From NCBI RefSeq assembly GCF_009914755.1, contig NC_060944.1: a stretch of 64,000 bases of DNA, one strand, 5' to 3'. This DNA is from the human T2T-CHM13v2.0 reference genome, Homo sapiens. The notes below the pieces were generated by a model. That model worked only from the letters and a program-made list of their open reading frames with translations, did not search any database and was not told where the DNA came from. The position numbers were made by a program, and so were the translations under genes. Positions 1 to 23,405 of this stretch are shown here, one piece after another. Each line of letters opens with the position of its first letter. Within the stretch, counting starts at the first letter, position 1.

Positions 1-260
1 ATTGTTTGTGGAGTTTTTCAGCTATAGGGGAGGGGAACTATTAAAATCCAGTTGTTTCTATTCAATAGGTAATAAAAATTAGTTGTCCCTGGGTTTGGGA
101 AACTTAAATGCCCATTACAGCCCTGGGGAAGGGTTTTCTGTCTTATGGAGTGAGTCTTAGCATTTAAGTTATACAGTTGCTGCCTTAAAATAGTAGCCTG
201 CTACAATGACTTCTTTGGGTAGCCATTTTCATAAGAAATAAAATACAAGATATGAGTAAT
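1..260 (+). other. MGME1: 3' UTR end of a plus-strand neighbouring gene, probably MGME1
   Basis: AATAAA at 71-76 and 237-242, then a GT/T-rich downstream element at ~266-291. The gene name comes from recalled synteny with OVOL2; no coding sequence is in the window. Confidence 0.6.
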
Positions 261-291
261 GAAGCTTTGGTTTTGTTTACTTTGTGTGTTT
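237..291 (+). terminator. Cleavage/polyadenylation signal with GU-rich downstream element
   Basis: AATAAA 237-242; tttggttttgtttactttgtgtgttt begins ~24 nt downstream. Confidence 0.7.
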
Positions 292-406
292 ATAGGATAA
301 TTTTATAAACCTGGAAATTGTTTGCACTTTTTTTATAATTCAGAATTTTACAAGCCCAATAGCTTTGGTGAGAGTTCTGTGTAAGTGCATAAAAGAAAGC
401 GTCCTC

Positions 407-722
<316 letters not shown>

Positions 723-966
723 TCAGCCACGGTCACCTAGCAAGGAAAGCAATATTCAGGTAGGAGATGGGAGGATCAAGGGGGACCTTTGTATTATCTC
801 TATACACTTCTGCATTCATGTGGGTTTTTCTCAAGCTGCAGATACATATTTCTGTAGCCTGTAAATTCCAGTCAAAAATGAAGTGAGGCAATTAAAAGTT
901 GTGCTAGCAGAGTTTGCCACTCTGCTCTAATAAGCCTCAACCTAGAATTTAGGAGGCTAGACCTAA

Positions 967-4993
<4,027 letters not shown>

Positions 4994-5376
4994 TGTTACT
5001 TGACCTTTTTGTGCTTGATTTCCTCATCTGTAATTTGGGGGAAAATAATAGTATCTGCTTCTTGAAATTGTGAGGATTGAATGAGCGAAGCATTCAGAAA
5101 AGTGCCTGACACATGGTGGGAACAAAATGTTAGCCATCCTCCTATAAAATGATCAGACCTGGATGTGTCTCTGCTGGGTCAAAGCTTGAACATTACCACC
5201 AAATTCCTCTCCAAAACAGTGACATCGACTTAATGTCCCACCAGTGGTGTCTGAAATTTCCTGATTTCTCGCATATTCTCTAACACAAGAGTTGTGAGCC
5301 CCTCTTCTGACGGTATGAAAACCATTTTTTTTTTGGAACAGCATTAATGCGTGAATAAAATCTGCTTTAAAACGCG

Positions 5377-5409
5377 ACTGTCATCTAGTGGTGAGAGAAG
5401 TACACTGCA
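5377..5409 (-). promoter_or_regulatory. Candidate CTCF site (core plus upstream motif)
   Basis: Minus strand reads TGCAG-tgtacttctctca-CCACTAGATGACAG: near-consensus core with the upstream TGCAG module 13 nt away. Confidence 0.6.
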
Positions 5410-6129
5410 ATTATGGGGCAGAAGCCAAAAATGGGCGGACCTACATCTATCTCCGGGTAATTTGGGCATTTTAGTCACCAACACAGGTCTGTTTTGAATA
5501 AAATCAACTACATGAGTGTTCTTCCTTTACCTCTGTATTTTCAGGCAGCTTGTACTTCTCACTTTTTCTACTACAATAATATAGAAGCCTGGCTACACAG
5601 CCCAGTGAGGCCCCTTGCTACCAAATGCATCTGGGTCACCGGTTCGGAAAAGTGGAGTGAGATAAATTAGAAATGAGGCTATTTACCAAACTGGTAGGAA
5701 ACTGCAGCTCCAACCAGGGCGGGCTTCCCACAGGCAGCACTGATTTTCCAGCAGGAGAGATGGCAATTCCCACGTTGGTGCAGGTCATACAGGCACTGCA
5801 GGGGACTCAGCTCAGTCGGCTCACCAGAGCCCCAGTTAATGCGTCCCAATCAGCCTCAGCCATTCTCTGCGAGGACTTCTAAAAGGATTGAAAAGTGTAT
5901 GAAAGTGTTAGATATTAATCATCAGAGACATAGATATAGTTTTAAAGATCTGTTAGATAACAAATATTATCTAACAGGTTAGGTAACATGCTACAATTTT
6001 GTGATGAACAAAAATGTTCATTAAAGGTAATAGTGTAAAAAAGCAATGTTGCTGAAATGTAACCTAATGTGTCTTTAAGTAATAGTATCACTAAACTAAT
6101 GGCATATTAAAAGTTTTTTAAAAAAAGAA

Positions 6130-7628
<1,499 letters not shown>

Positions 7629-7969
7629 CAGAATAGTGTTTTAAGAGAGAGATGAGTAAAGAGACAAACAACAGAGGAAACTGCCATTTCCTAGAGCAGC
7701 AGAAAAAGAGCTGGGTATCAGAATGGCTCACCAGAGAAATTTGGTTAGTGCTGGTCACCCCTTTGATAAGAGGCTGTGGGTTGACTTGTGAGCTCAGTGA
7801 TTTGAAAGTTTTGAGTATATGAAGAAAAAAAAAAAGAAATGAAAGCTTTGTGTAGAACTAGGGGAGTCTCGCAGTGAAACAAGACTTGCAAAATAGGATT
7901 AATGAGGCAGTACAGATAAGGATGCGATGCTGAAGAAAGTCATGGGATTGTAGTTAGACGGTGTATAAA

Positions 7970-8505
7970 TCAGAGAGCTAAAACCAATAGGGCTTGTAGA
8001 TATAGGTATATGACAGGGGATTTATTAGGGGAATGGGCTCACACAATTATGGAGGCTGAGAAGTCCTACGGTCTGCTGTCTGCAGGCTGGAAAACCAGGG
8101 AAGCTGGTAGCATGGCTCCGTCCAAGTTCAAAAGCCTCAGAACCAGAGAACCTGATAGCACTCAGTCTCAGGCCGAAAGCCTGAGAATCCAGGAGGCCAC
8201 TGGTGTCCCAGAGTCCAAAAGCTGGAGAAGCTGGAGTTCTGATGTCCAAGGGCAGGAGAAGAAGGGTGTTCCAGCTCCAGAAAACAGAGCAAATCCTCCT
8301 TTCCTTTGCCTTTTTGTTATCCTGGCCCTCAGCTGATGGACAGTGCCCCCTGACATTGAGTGAGGATGGATCTTCCTTACTCAGTCCACTGATTCAAATG
8401 CCAGTTTCTTCCAGAAACACCTCACAGACACCTCAAAATAATGCTTCGCCAGCTGTCTGGGTGTCATTAATCCAGTTACGCTGACACCTAAGATTGACCA
8501 TCATA
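7970..8505 (-). mobile_element. MLT2-family (ERVL) solo LTR
   Basis: Typical gctcacacaattatggaggctgagaagtcc...gaaacacctcacagacac...gattgaccatca sequence. Confidence 0.75.
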
Positions 8506-8511
8506 GGTGGT

Positions 8512-9060
8512 AATTCATTCCTTTACCCGACAAATGTCTTATTGAATATTCATGTCTGCCTTGTGCTAGTTTTTTGCAAAATGCATGGAGCTGACAGTCT
8601 AGAGAAAGGGCAAACAATTAATAAGTGAGAAAGTTAGTATGAAAATTACAGATTGACAGTGCCATGAAGAAACAGAGGATCACTGAGCCAGGAGGAGAAT
8701 TGCAACTTTGGATTGTGTGGTCAGAGAGGGCTCCTCTGAGGGGCGACACATAACATGATACTTGAAGGAGGAAAGGAGGAAACGTGGCCAGCACTGCAGA
8801 GAGCCACAGGAAGAATATTCCAGCAGAAGGATCAGCATGTTCAAAGGCCCCAAGGTAGGAAAGAACAGCATGTTACAGGAGCTATAAGAACACAGGGGTG
8901 GCCAGAAGGCAGTGGGGAAAGGAAAGGAATTGCAGGCTGCAGAAGTGGGCGGGGGAGCCAGATGATGTCAAACTCAATATGCCATGGTAAGGAGTTTAGA
9001 TTTTACTCTAAGATGGAAAGACAGGGATAAGCAGGGGAATAAAGCCGTTCCATTGCCTTT
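8512..9060 (-). mobile_element. L2 3' remnant
   Basis: Reverse-complemented L2 tail (attcattc...caaatgtcttattgaa) followed by degenerate L2 body. Confidence 0.55.
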
Positions 9061-9072
9061 TAAGAAGATCGG

Positions 9073-9512
9073 GGCCAAGTGCAGTGGCTCTCACCGGTAA
9101 TCCCAGCACTTTGGGAGGCCAAGGCAGGAGATCACTTGAGCCCAGGAGTTCGAAACCAGCCTGGGCAACATAGTGAGACCTCCACCTCTATTTTTTTTTA
9201 TTTTATCTTATCTATTTTATTTTATTTATTTTGAGATGGAGTTTTGCTCTTGTCGCCTAGGCTGGAATGCAATGGCGCCACTTCGACTCACCGCAACATC
9301 TGCCTCCCAGGTTAGAGTGATTCTCCTGCCTCAGCCTCCCGAGTAGCTGGGATTACAGGTGCATGCCAACGCCACCATGCCTGGCTAATTTTTGTATTTT
9401 TAGTAGAGATGGGGTTTCACCAGGCTGGTCTCGAACTCCTGACCTCAAATGATCCACCTGCCTCGGCCTCCCAAAGTGCTGGGATTACAGGCATGAGCCA
9501 CCGTACCTGGCC
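9073..9512. mobile_element. Alu left monomer (+, 9073-9190) abutting an Alu (-, 9191-9512)
   Basis: Alu consensus matches. Confidence 0.85.
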
Positions 9513-9539
9513 TAATTTAATTAAAATTATTTAAAACAC

Positions 9540-9609
9540 GAAGAAGAAGAAAAAGAAGAAGAAGAGGAGGAGGAGGAGGCGGCGGCGGCAGCAGCAGCAG
9601 CAGAAGCAG
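9540..9609 (+). repeat. Compound trinucleotide STR (AAG)n(AGG)n(CGG)n(CAG)n
   Basis: Read directly from the sequence. Confidence 0.95.
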
Positions 9610-9692
9610 ATCAGCATTGTTTGGAGAGCAGAATGCAGGAGGCAAGTGCTGAAGCACAGCCTGGCTGGACTATTATAGACAGAGCTATTATA

Positions 9693-10036
9693 ATAGGAGT
9701 CAGCACACTGGCTCATCCACCAAATCCGGCTTGCTGCCTGATACAGTCTTTATACGGTCTGTGAGCATAGAGTTGTTTTTACATTTTTAAATGTTTGAAA
9801 AAAAAATCAAAAGTAGAGTCTTTTTATGGCATATATAATTTTTATAAAATTGTAAAGATTCGAATTCCAGTGTCTGTAAGTCAAGGTTTCCTGGAACACA
9901 GCATCACCCATTTGCTTTTGACTCTGGCTGCTTTCCTTCTGTAGCTGCAGGTTAAGTCGGTAACAGAGGCTGTATGGCCTGCAAAGCCTCAAGTATTTAC
10001 TATCTGGACTTCTATAGAGTAAGTCTGCCGACTCTC
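9693..10036 (+). mobile_element. MER58-type hAT-Charlie DNA transposon fossil
   Basis: ccaaatccggc...tatggcctgcaaagcctcaagtatttactatctgg...gtctgccgactct. Confidence 0.65.
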
Positions 10037-10271
10037 AGTCTAGATGATAGAAGAGGTAGGCTGGCCTAGAGAAATGGCAGAGGAGGTGCTGGGAAGGAAG
10101 ATTCGAGATGTATTTTGGGAGCCTTGCCTGAGGGTTTGAATGAGAAGAGTGATGAAGAAGTATAAATGGAAGGTAAGTTGTAGGTTTAGGGCATGTGTGT
10201 TATTTGCTGACATGGGAAAGGCTGGAGGGAGAAAATCCAGGTCCAGCCCCATCTTTTCTCCTCACTAACAC

Positions 10272-10990
<719 letters not shown>

Positions 10991-11268
10991 TAACAGCATG
11001 ACCCAGGCAAGTTATCTAAAGCTTTTGAGCCTCAGTGTCCTCGTCTGTAAATGGGTAAAATAATAACTACTTCATAGGGTATTCATAAAGACTAGAAATA
11101 GCTGGCACATAACATAGTAGTAGCTGTTTTATTGTTATCATCATAATGAAAAAGTTCAGTCCCTGCTGGGCAAACTCATATTTCCCAAACTCCAGTCACT
11201 CCTGTGCCACAAAAAAACTTTGTTTTTGCCATATCTGAGCACCACTTAAGACTATTAAACAGGTTCAC

Positions 11269-12819
<1,551 letters not shown>

Positions 12820-13989
12820 TCACTTCTGCTTTCCAAAAGCAGAATCTGAGGGCTGCTCTCTCTTTTATAAAAAGAAGATATTCGAACAAAAGGCCAGTGA
12901 CAAAGGCTGTGTTATCTACAGAGATTTTCTTCCAAACAGAATCAGAAATATAGAAAATGGATACACTTTTTTGCGGTGTACTCCAATGTTATTTAGAGCA
13001 GCACAGCACAGTACATAAAATTGTCTCAAGTCGTTTAGGAAATGCTGAGGCTAGACCAGAAACAAGAGGGAGAAAATTGCCCGTTTAACAACTTTCCCCT
13101 TCATGAAGCTCGAGACACATATAGGACATGGGGCAAAGACCTGGTGTGGCTCAGGGACTTTCCACCTCCTAGCTGTGTAACCTTGAACTCACCTGTCGAC
13201 ATTTGGAGGCCTGGGGATTCTCAAGAAAAATGCAGTTAATGACAGCTTGCCTGCCTCACAGGGTCCCTTAAGAACCAATTGTGAGCCTACATGTCACAAG
13301 CCCTCATAGTCTGTAAAATGCTGAATAAATAGAGCAGATTGTAAGGCTATTCCCTGAGGCTAGGCATGAGGAGGTGAGCTGTGAGGAAGGGAGAACCAGC
13401 TCATTAACCAGGGGAACAAATGACAGTGTGATGGCATCCCTCCCACATCCATGGGGGCCTCTAAAATCAAGGAGCCAGCCAGTGGTAGGGCCTAGAGATG
13501 AGAGGACTGGTGGCCTCTCCAACTGCTTTCCAGTTCCAGGACCTCCAGCTTGTCACCAGGACAACCAGGCAGCCCTCACTCCCTGCATGGCAGCTCAGGT
13601 GTCACCCCAGGACATGGAATTGATCGAGAGGCCTCTGCCCCTTCCTTTGGTAGGTTTCTTTGCTGAATGCTCAAGAAGCAGCTCCCTGGTTAGGAATTCC
13701 AAGAACTTCTAACTGACAGGGAGTCCCAGCTGTCCCATCATGGAAGGCAGCCACCATATGTGTGGAGAGACTGTGAACTGTGAACTACACTTACGTAACC
13801 CTGAACTCGAGTCTTGCTCACAAGACCCAGCTCATGTTCCCTGCGCTGCGAAGCTTCCCAGGAATGGTCCGTGGTTGTTCTGTCTACTGTTGCATTTGAC
13901 ACAGGGCTCTGCCAAGGTATTCACCACATCTGCTTGTATATCCATCTCCCCACTAGACTCTGGGCAAGCCTCCAACTTTCAAATTATTA

Positions 13990-18140
<4,151 letters not shown>

Positions 18141-18579
18141 AAAAAAATAATTTTTATAGTTCCAGTCAACTTATCTAAAAGTTGCTTTCAAATAAGCAAT
18201 TATCCAGGGAAAATGAAGAAGAAAAAAAAAGCCTTCAAAGTAGCCCATGCCATGACCGACAGTCACAGGACAGCCTCTCATTCACCTATGATCCTGGTGT
18301 ACTTGGTAAGTCAGTTACCAAGCAGTCATAGCCTGGCGAGCCCTGGATTAAAGGAGGAGAGGCCTGGAACAAGAAGGAAAATGCCAGCTGTCAGTGAGGG
18401 GAGGACAGAAAACTCAAAACACAAATGTGGTCGGGTCAGCAGGGCGATGTTTCAGAGCAAAGCAATCTAGGGCTGCATGGCAGGGACAAGCTGGCCCGTG
18501 GGCCTCAGCAGCTCTCCAAGCTGTGCCAGCAAACCACCTGACAACAGGCGATATCTGTAACAATCCTTACAACACTTTT

Positions 18580-20288
18580 CTTTTTTTTTTTTTTTTCAAG
18601 AAACAGGGTCTCATATGCTGCCCAGGCTAGACTCGAACTCCAGGGCTCAAGTGATCCTACAGCCTCAGCCTCCCAAGTAGCTGGGATTACAGGTTAGTGA
18701 CAGGTGCCTGGCTAATTTTTTTTTTTTTTTTTTAATTTTTATTTTTTTTATTGATCATTCTTGGGTGTTTCTCGCAGAGGGGGATTTGGCAGGGTCATAG
18801 GACAATAGTGGAGGGAAGGTCAGCAGATAAACAAGTGAACAAAGGTCTCTGGTTTTCCTAGGCAGAGGACCCTGCGGCCTTCAGCAGTGTTTGTGTCCCT
18901 GGGTACTTGAGATTAGGGAGTGGTGATGATTCTTAACGAGCATGCTGCCTTCAAGCATCTGTTTAACAAAGCACATCTTGCACCGCCCTTAATCCATTTA
19001 ACCCTGAGTGGACACAGCACATGTTTCAGAGAGCACAGGGTTGGGGGTAAGGTCACCGATCGACAGGATCCCAAGGCAGAAGAATTTATCTTAGTACAGA
19101 ACAAAATGAAAAGTCTCCCATGTCTATTTCTTTCTACACAGACACGGCAACCATCCGATTTCTCAATCTTTTCCCCACCTTTCCCCCCTTTCTATTCCAC
19201 AAAGCCGCCGTTGTCATCCCGGCCCGTTCTCAATGAGCTGTTGGGTACACCTCCCAGACGGGGTGGTGGCCGGGCAGAGGGGCTCCTCACTTCCCAGTAG
19301 GGGCGGCCGGGCAGAGGCGCCCCTCACCTCCCGGACGGGGCGGCTGGACGGGCAGGGGGCTGACCCCCCCACCTCCCTCCCGGACGGAGCGGCTGGCCGG
19401 GCAGCGGGGCGCCTCACTTCCTAGTAGGGGCGGCCGGGCAGAGGCGCCCCTCACCTCCCGGACCGGGCGGCTGGCCGGGCGGGGGGCTGACCCCCCCACC
19501 TCCCTCCCGGACGGGGCGGCTGGCCGGGCGGGGGGTTGAGCCCCCCACCTCCCTCCCGGACGGGGTGGCTGGCCCGGCAGAGGGGCTCCTCACTTCCCAG
19601 TAGGGGTGGCTGGGCAGAGGCGCCCCTCACCTCCCGGACGGGGCGGCTGGCCGGGCGGGGGGCTGACCCCCCCACCTCCCTCCCGGACGGGGCGGCTGGC
19701 CGGGCGGGGGGCTGACCCCCCCCACCTCCCTCCCGGACGGGGGGCTGACCCCCCCACCTCCCTCCTGGACAGGGCGGCTGGCCGGGCGGGAGGCTGATCC
19801 CCCCACCTCCCTCCCGGTCGGGGCGGCTGCCGGGCGGAGACGCTCCTCACTTCCCAGACGGGGTGGCTGCCGGGCAGAGGGGCTCCTCACTTCTCAGACG
19901 GGGCGGCTGCCGGGCGGAGGGGCTCCTCACTTCTCAGACGGGGCGGCTGGGCAGAGACGCTCCTCACCTCCCAGACGGGGTCGCGGCCTGGCAGAGGCGC
20001 TCCTCACATCCCAGACGGGGCGGCGGGGCAGAGGCGCTCCCCACATCTCAGACGATGGGCGGCCGGGCAGAGACGCTCCTCACTTCCCAGATGGGATGGC
20101 TGCCGGGAAGAGGCGCTCCTCACTTTCCAGACTGGGCAGCCGGTGCCTGGCTAATTTTAAAACTATTTTGTAGAGACAGGGTCTTGCTATATTGCCCAGG
20201 CCGGTCTCAAATTCTTGGCCTCAAGCAATCCTCCTGTCTTGGCCTCCCAAAGTGCTGAGATTACTGGTGTGAACCACCATGCCAGTCT
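18580..20288 (-). mobile_element. Old Alu split by the SVA (18580-18719 and 20142-20288)
   Basis: Alu right arm lies left of the SVA and the left arm lies right of it; they join across the TSD. Confidence 0.85.
18720..20141 (-). mobile_element. 5'-truncated SVA retrotransposon (poly-A, SINE-R, VNTR; no Alu-like or CCCTCT head), probably SVA_D-like
   Basis: Poly-T then tttattgatcattcttgggtgtttctcgcagaggggg (SINE-R), GC-rich VNTR at ~19250-20141, 17-bp TSD ggtgcctggctaatttt at 18703-18719 and 20142-20158 ending at a TTTT/AA site. Confidence 0.96.
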
Positions 20289-20932
20289 GGAGTCATTCTT
20301 GGCTCCTCTCTTTTTCTCAGTACTAGGGTGACTGTATAATTCATTATATAAACCTGAACTTCCCCAGACAAATAAGTTGTATGGTCTATCCATTAACCCA
20401 CTCCAATCCATCAGCAAATCCAGTTAGCTCTATTATAAGAGACATATCCAGCATCCGGCCATTTCTCACCTCCTCCACTATCATCCTGGTCCAAGCATTC
20501 ATCGTGTCCTGCCTTTATCTTTGCAATGGCCTCCTAGTTGATCCCCCACTTCTAGACTTGCCTTTTACCCCCAAATCTGTTTTCACAGCAGCCAGAGTAA
20601 GCCCGTTAAAAATAAGTGAGATCATGTTACTCCTCTGCTGAAAATACTCGGCAGTTCAGAGGAAAATCAAAAGTCTTTAAAATGGCCTACAGCAGCAGTC
20701 CGTTTCCTGCAACCGCTCTGACCTCATTCACATGTTCCCCATCTCTTCTCACTCCACGTAAGCTACACCAGTTCTCGCGCTCTCCAGGTAAGTCAAGCAC
20801 ACTCCCACTTCAGCCTGGCCTTCGACTTTGCTCTTCCCCCTGCCTGGAATGCTTCCCACATAAGGACAGGGCTTCTTCTTTCATTCCTTTCTGGTCACAG
20901 GTCCCTGACTCCTGTATAAAAAAATGACATCA

Positions 20933-22202
20933 CCCACTGGCTGCTCTGAAAAGCCATCTTTGCATTGTTCCTTGTCCGGCTCCTTGCTCGCCGCAGCCGC
21001 CTTTACCGCTGCGGACTCCGGACACTTCATCACCACAGTCCCTGAACTCTCGCTTTCTTTTTAATCCCCTGCATCGGATCACTGGTGTGCCGGACCATGT
21101 CAGACGCAGCCGTAGACACCAGCTCCGAAATCACCACCAAGGACTTAAAGAAGAAGGAAGCTGTGGAGGAAGCGGAAAATGGAAGAGACACCCCTGCTAA
21201 TGGGAAGGCTAATGAGGAAAATGGGGAGCAGGAAGCTGACAATGAAGTAGATGAAGAAGAGGAAGAAGGTGGGGAGGAAGACGAGGAGGAAGAAGAAGGC
21301 GATGGTGAGGAAGAGGATGGTGATGAAGACGAGGAAGCTGAGTCCGCTAGGTCAAGCGGGCAGCTGAAGATGATGAGAATGATGATGCCTATACCAAGAA
21401 GCAGAAGACCAACAAGGATGACTAGACAGCAAAAAAGGAAATGTTAGGAGGGTGACCTATTCACCCTCCACTTCCCGTCTCAGAATCTACATGTGGTCAC
21501 CTTTGAGTATTGAGGCCCGCTAACCCACCCACTGCGGGCAGTGCCACCCGCAGATGACACGGCCCACCCGCCCACCGAGGGCAGTGCCACCCGCAGATGA
21601 CACGGCCCACCCGCCCACCGAGGGCAATGCCACCCGCAGATGACATGCGCTCTCCACCACCCAACCCAAACCATGAGAATTTGCAACAGGGGAGGAAAAA
21701 AGAACCAAAACTTCCCAAGGCCCTGCTTTTTTCCTTAAAAATACTTTAAAAAGGAAGTTTGTTTGTATTTTTTAATTTACATTTTATATTTTTGGACATA
21801 TTGTTAGGGTCAGCCATTTTTAATGATCTCAGATGACCAAACCAGCCTTCAGAGCGTTCTCTGTCCTGCTTCTAACGTCACTTGTGATGTGACCATGTTC
21901 GTTATAATCTCAAAGGAGAAAAAAACCTTGTAAGACAAGCAAAAACGACAACAGAAAAACAATCTTATTCTGAGCATTCCAGTAACTTTTTTGTGTGTGC
22001 GTACTTAGCTGTACTATAAGTAGTTGGTTTGTATGAGATGGTTAAAAGGGCCAAAGATAAAAGGTTTCTTTTTTTTCCTTTTCTGTCTATGAAGTTGCTG
22101 TTTATTTATTTATTTATTTTTTGCCTATTTGAGGTATGTGTGAAACAATGTTGTCCAACAATAAACAGGAATTTTATTTTCCTGAGTTGTTCTAACAACA
22201 AC
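20933..22202 (+). pseudogene. PTMAP3: Processed pseudogene of prothymosin alpha (full 5' UTR, CDS homology 21097-21425, 3' UTR)
   Basis: MSDAAVDTSSEITTKDLK...EENGEQEADNEVDEEEEEGG; no introns; 1-nt deletion near 21350 shifts the frame; AATAAA at 22160-22165; 13-bp TSD aaaaatgacatca at 20920-20932 and 22203-22215. The P3 number is recalled from the locus. Confidence 0.95.
21536..21645 (+). repeat. 43-bp tandem repeat (~2.6 copies) in the retrocopy 3' UTR
   Basis: gggcagtgccacccgcagatgacacggcccacccgcccaccga starts at 21536, 21579 and 21622. Confidence 0.95.
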
Positions 22203-22215
22203 AAAAATGACATCA

Positions 22216-22940
22216 GCTGGGCGCGGTAGCTCATGCCTGTAATCACAGCACTTTGTGAGGCTGTGGCAAGAGGATTGCCTGAGGCCAAGAATTCAAGACC
22301 AGTCTGGACAACATATCAAGACCCCATCTCTCCAAAAAATACATACAAATTAGCTGGGCATGGGAGCCACTTGGGAGGCTGAGGCAGGAGGATCCTTTGA
22401 GCCCAGGAGTTCAAAGCTGCAGTGAGCTATGTTTGCACCACTGCACTCCAGCCTGGGCAACAGACCAAGACCCTGTCTCAAAAAAATCAAAACAAAATGA
22501 CACCAATCTCTATCAACATCACCTCCACCTCATCCCAGCTCTCCTTCTCTTACATGGTAAATTAAATTTTCTAACAATGGCTACAGTTATGTATGTTCCC
22601 ACAAGTTCTTCTAGAACCATTCCTCCCGTCAAGAGAGTTTTCTTTTTTTTTTCTTTTTTTGAGACAGGGTCTCACTCTGTCACCCAGGCTGGAGTGCAAT
22701 GGTGCAATCTCATTTCACTGCAACCTCTATCTTCCGGTTCAATCAATTCTCATGCCTCAGCCTTCTGAGTAGCTGGCACTACAGGCACGTACCACCACAC
22801 CCAGCTAAGTTTTGTATTTTTGGTAGAGATGGGGTTTCACCATGTTGGCCAGGCTGGTCTCGAATCCTGGCCTCAAGCCATCCACCTGCCTTGGCCTCCC
22901 AAAGTGCTGGGATTACAGGCATGAGCCACCACACCTGGCC
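22216..22940. mobile_element. Old Alu 22216-22493(+) and Alu ~22640-22940(-)
   Basis: Alu consensus matches with TSDs. Confidence 0.88.
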
Positions 22941-23405
22941 AGGAGAGTTTTCTTTCTCTCGCCTTGAATATGAACCAGCCTTTAGTAACTGGCTTCTAAT
23001 AAGCAAACTGTGACAGAAGCAACGCTGCAGGACTTTTGAGGCCCGCTCTTAATTTGTGACACAGCCTCCACCTGACTCTTCCTCTTAGGACCTTCTCCTT
23101 TGGAACCTACCACGTCCTTGGAGCCCAAACCAGCCCACACAGAGAGGAGACCATAAGGAGAGGTCCATGTGGAGAGGAATTGAGGCCCCTAGCCAACCAC
23201 CAGCATGAACTACCAGGTTCACGAGAGAATGGGCCTTCAGATGAAGCCCAGGCCCCAGCCTTTGAGTCTTTCAGCTGAGGTCCCAGCCATGGTGGGGCAG
23301 GGAAAGCTGCTCCTGTTCCCCTATGCTAGGCCCTGTCCAAATCTTTGACCCACAGAATCCATAAGTTTGGGCCCATCTAGTTGCACGGTCATAGTAACCA
23401 GAACA
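22570..23405 (+). mobile_element. MLT1-type MaLR LTR interrupted by an Alu
   Basis: catgtggagaggaattgaggcccctagccaac...cagcctttgagtctttcagctgaggtcccag...tgacccacagaatcc...atagtaaccagaaca. Confidence 0.6.

Noticed and set aside
18913-20258. Pro/Gly/Arg-rich ORFs and apparent CpG island
   Set aside because: Fully explained by the SVA SINE-R and VNTR.
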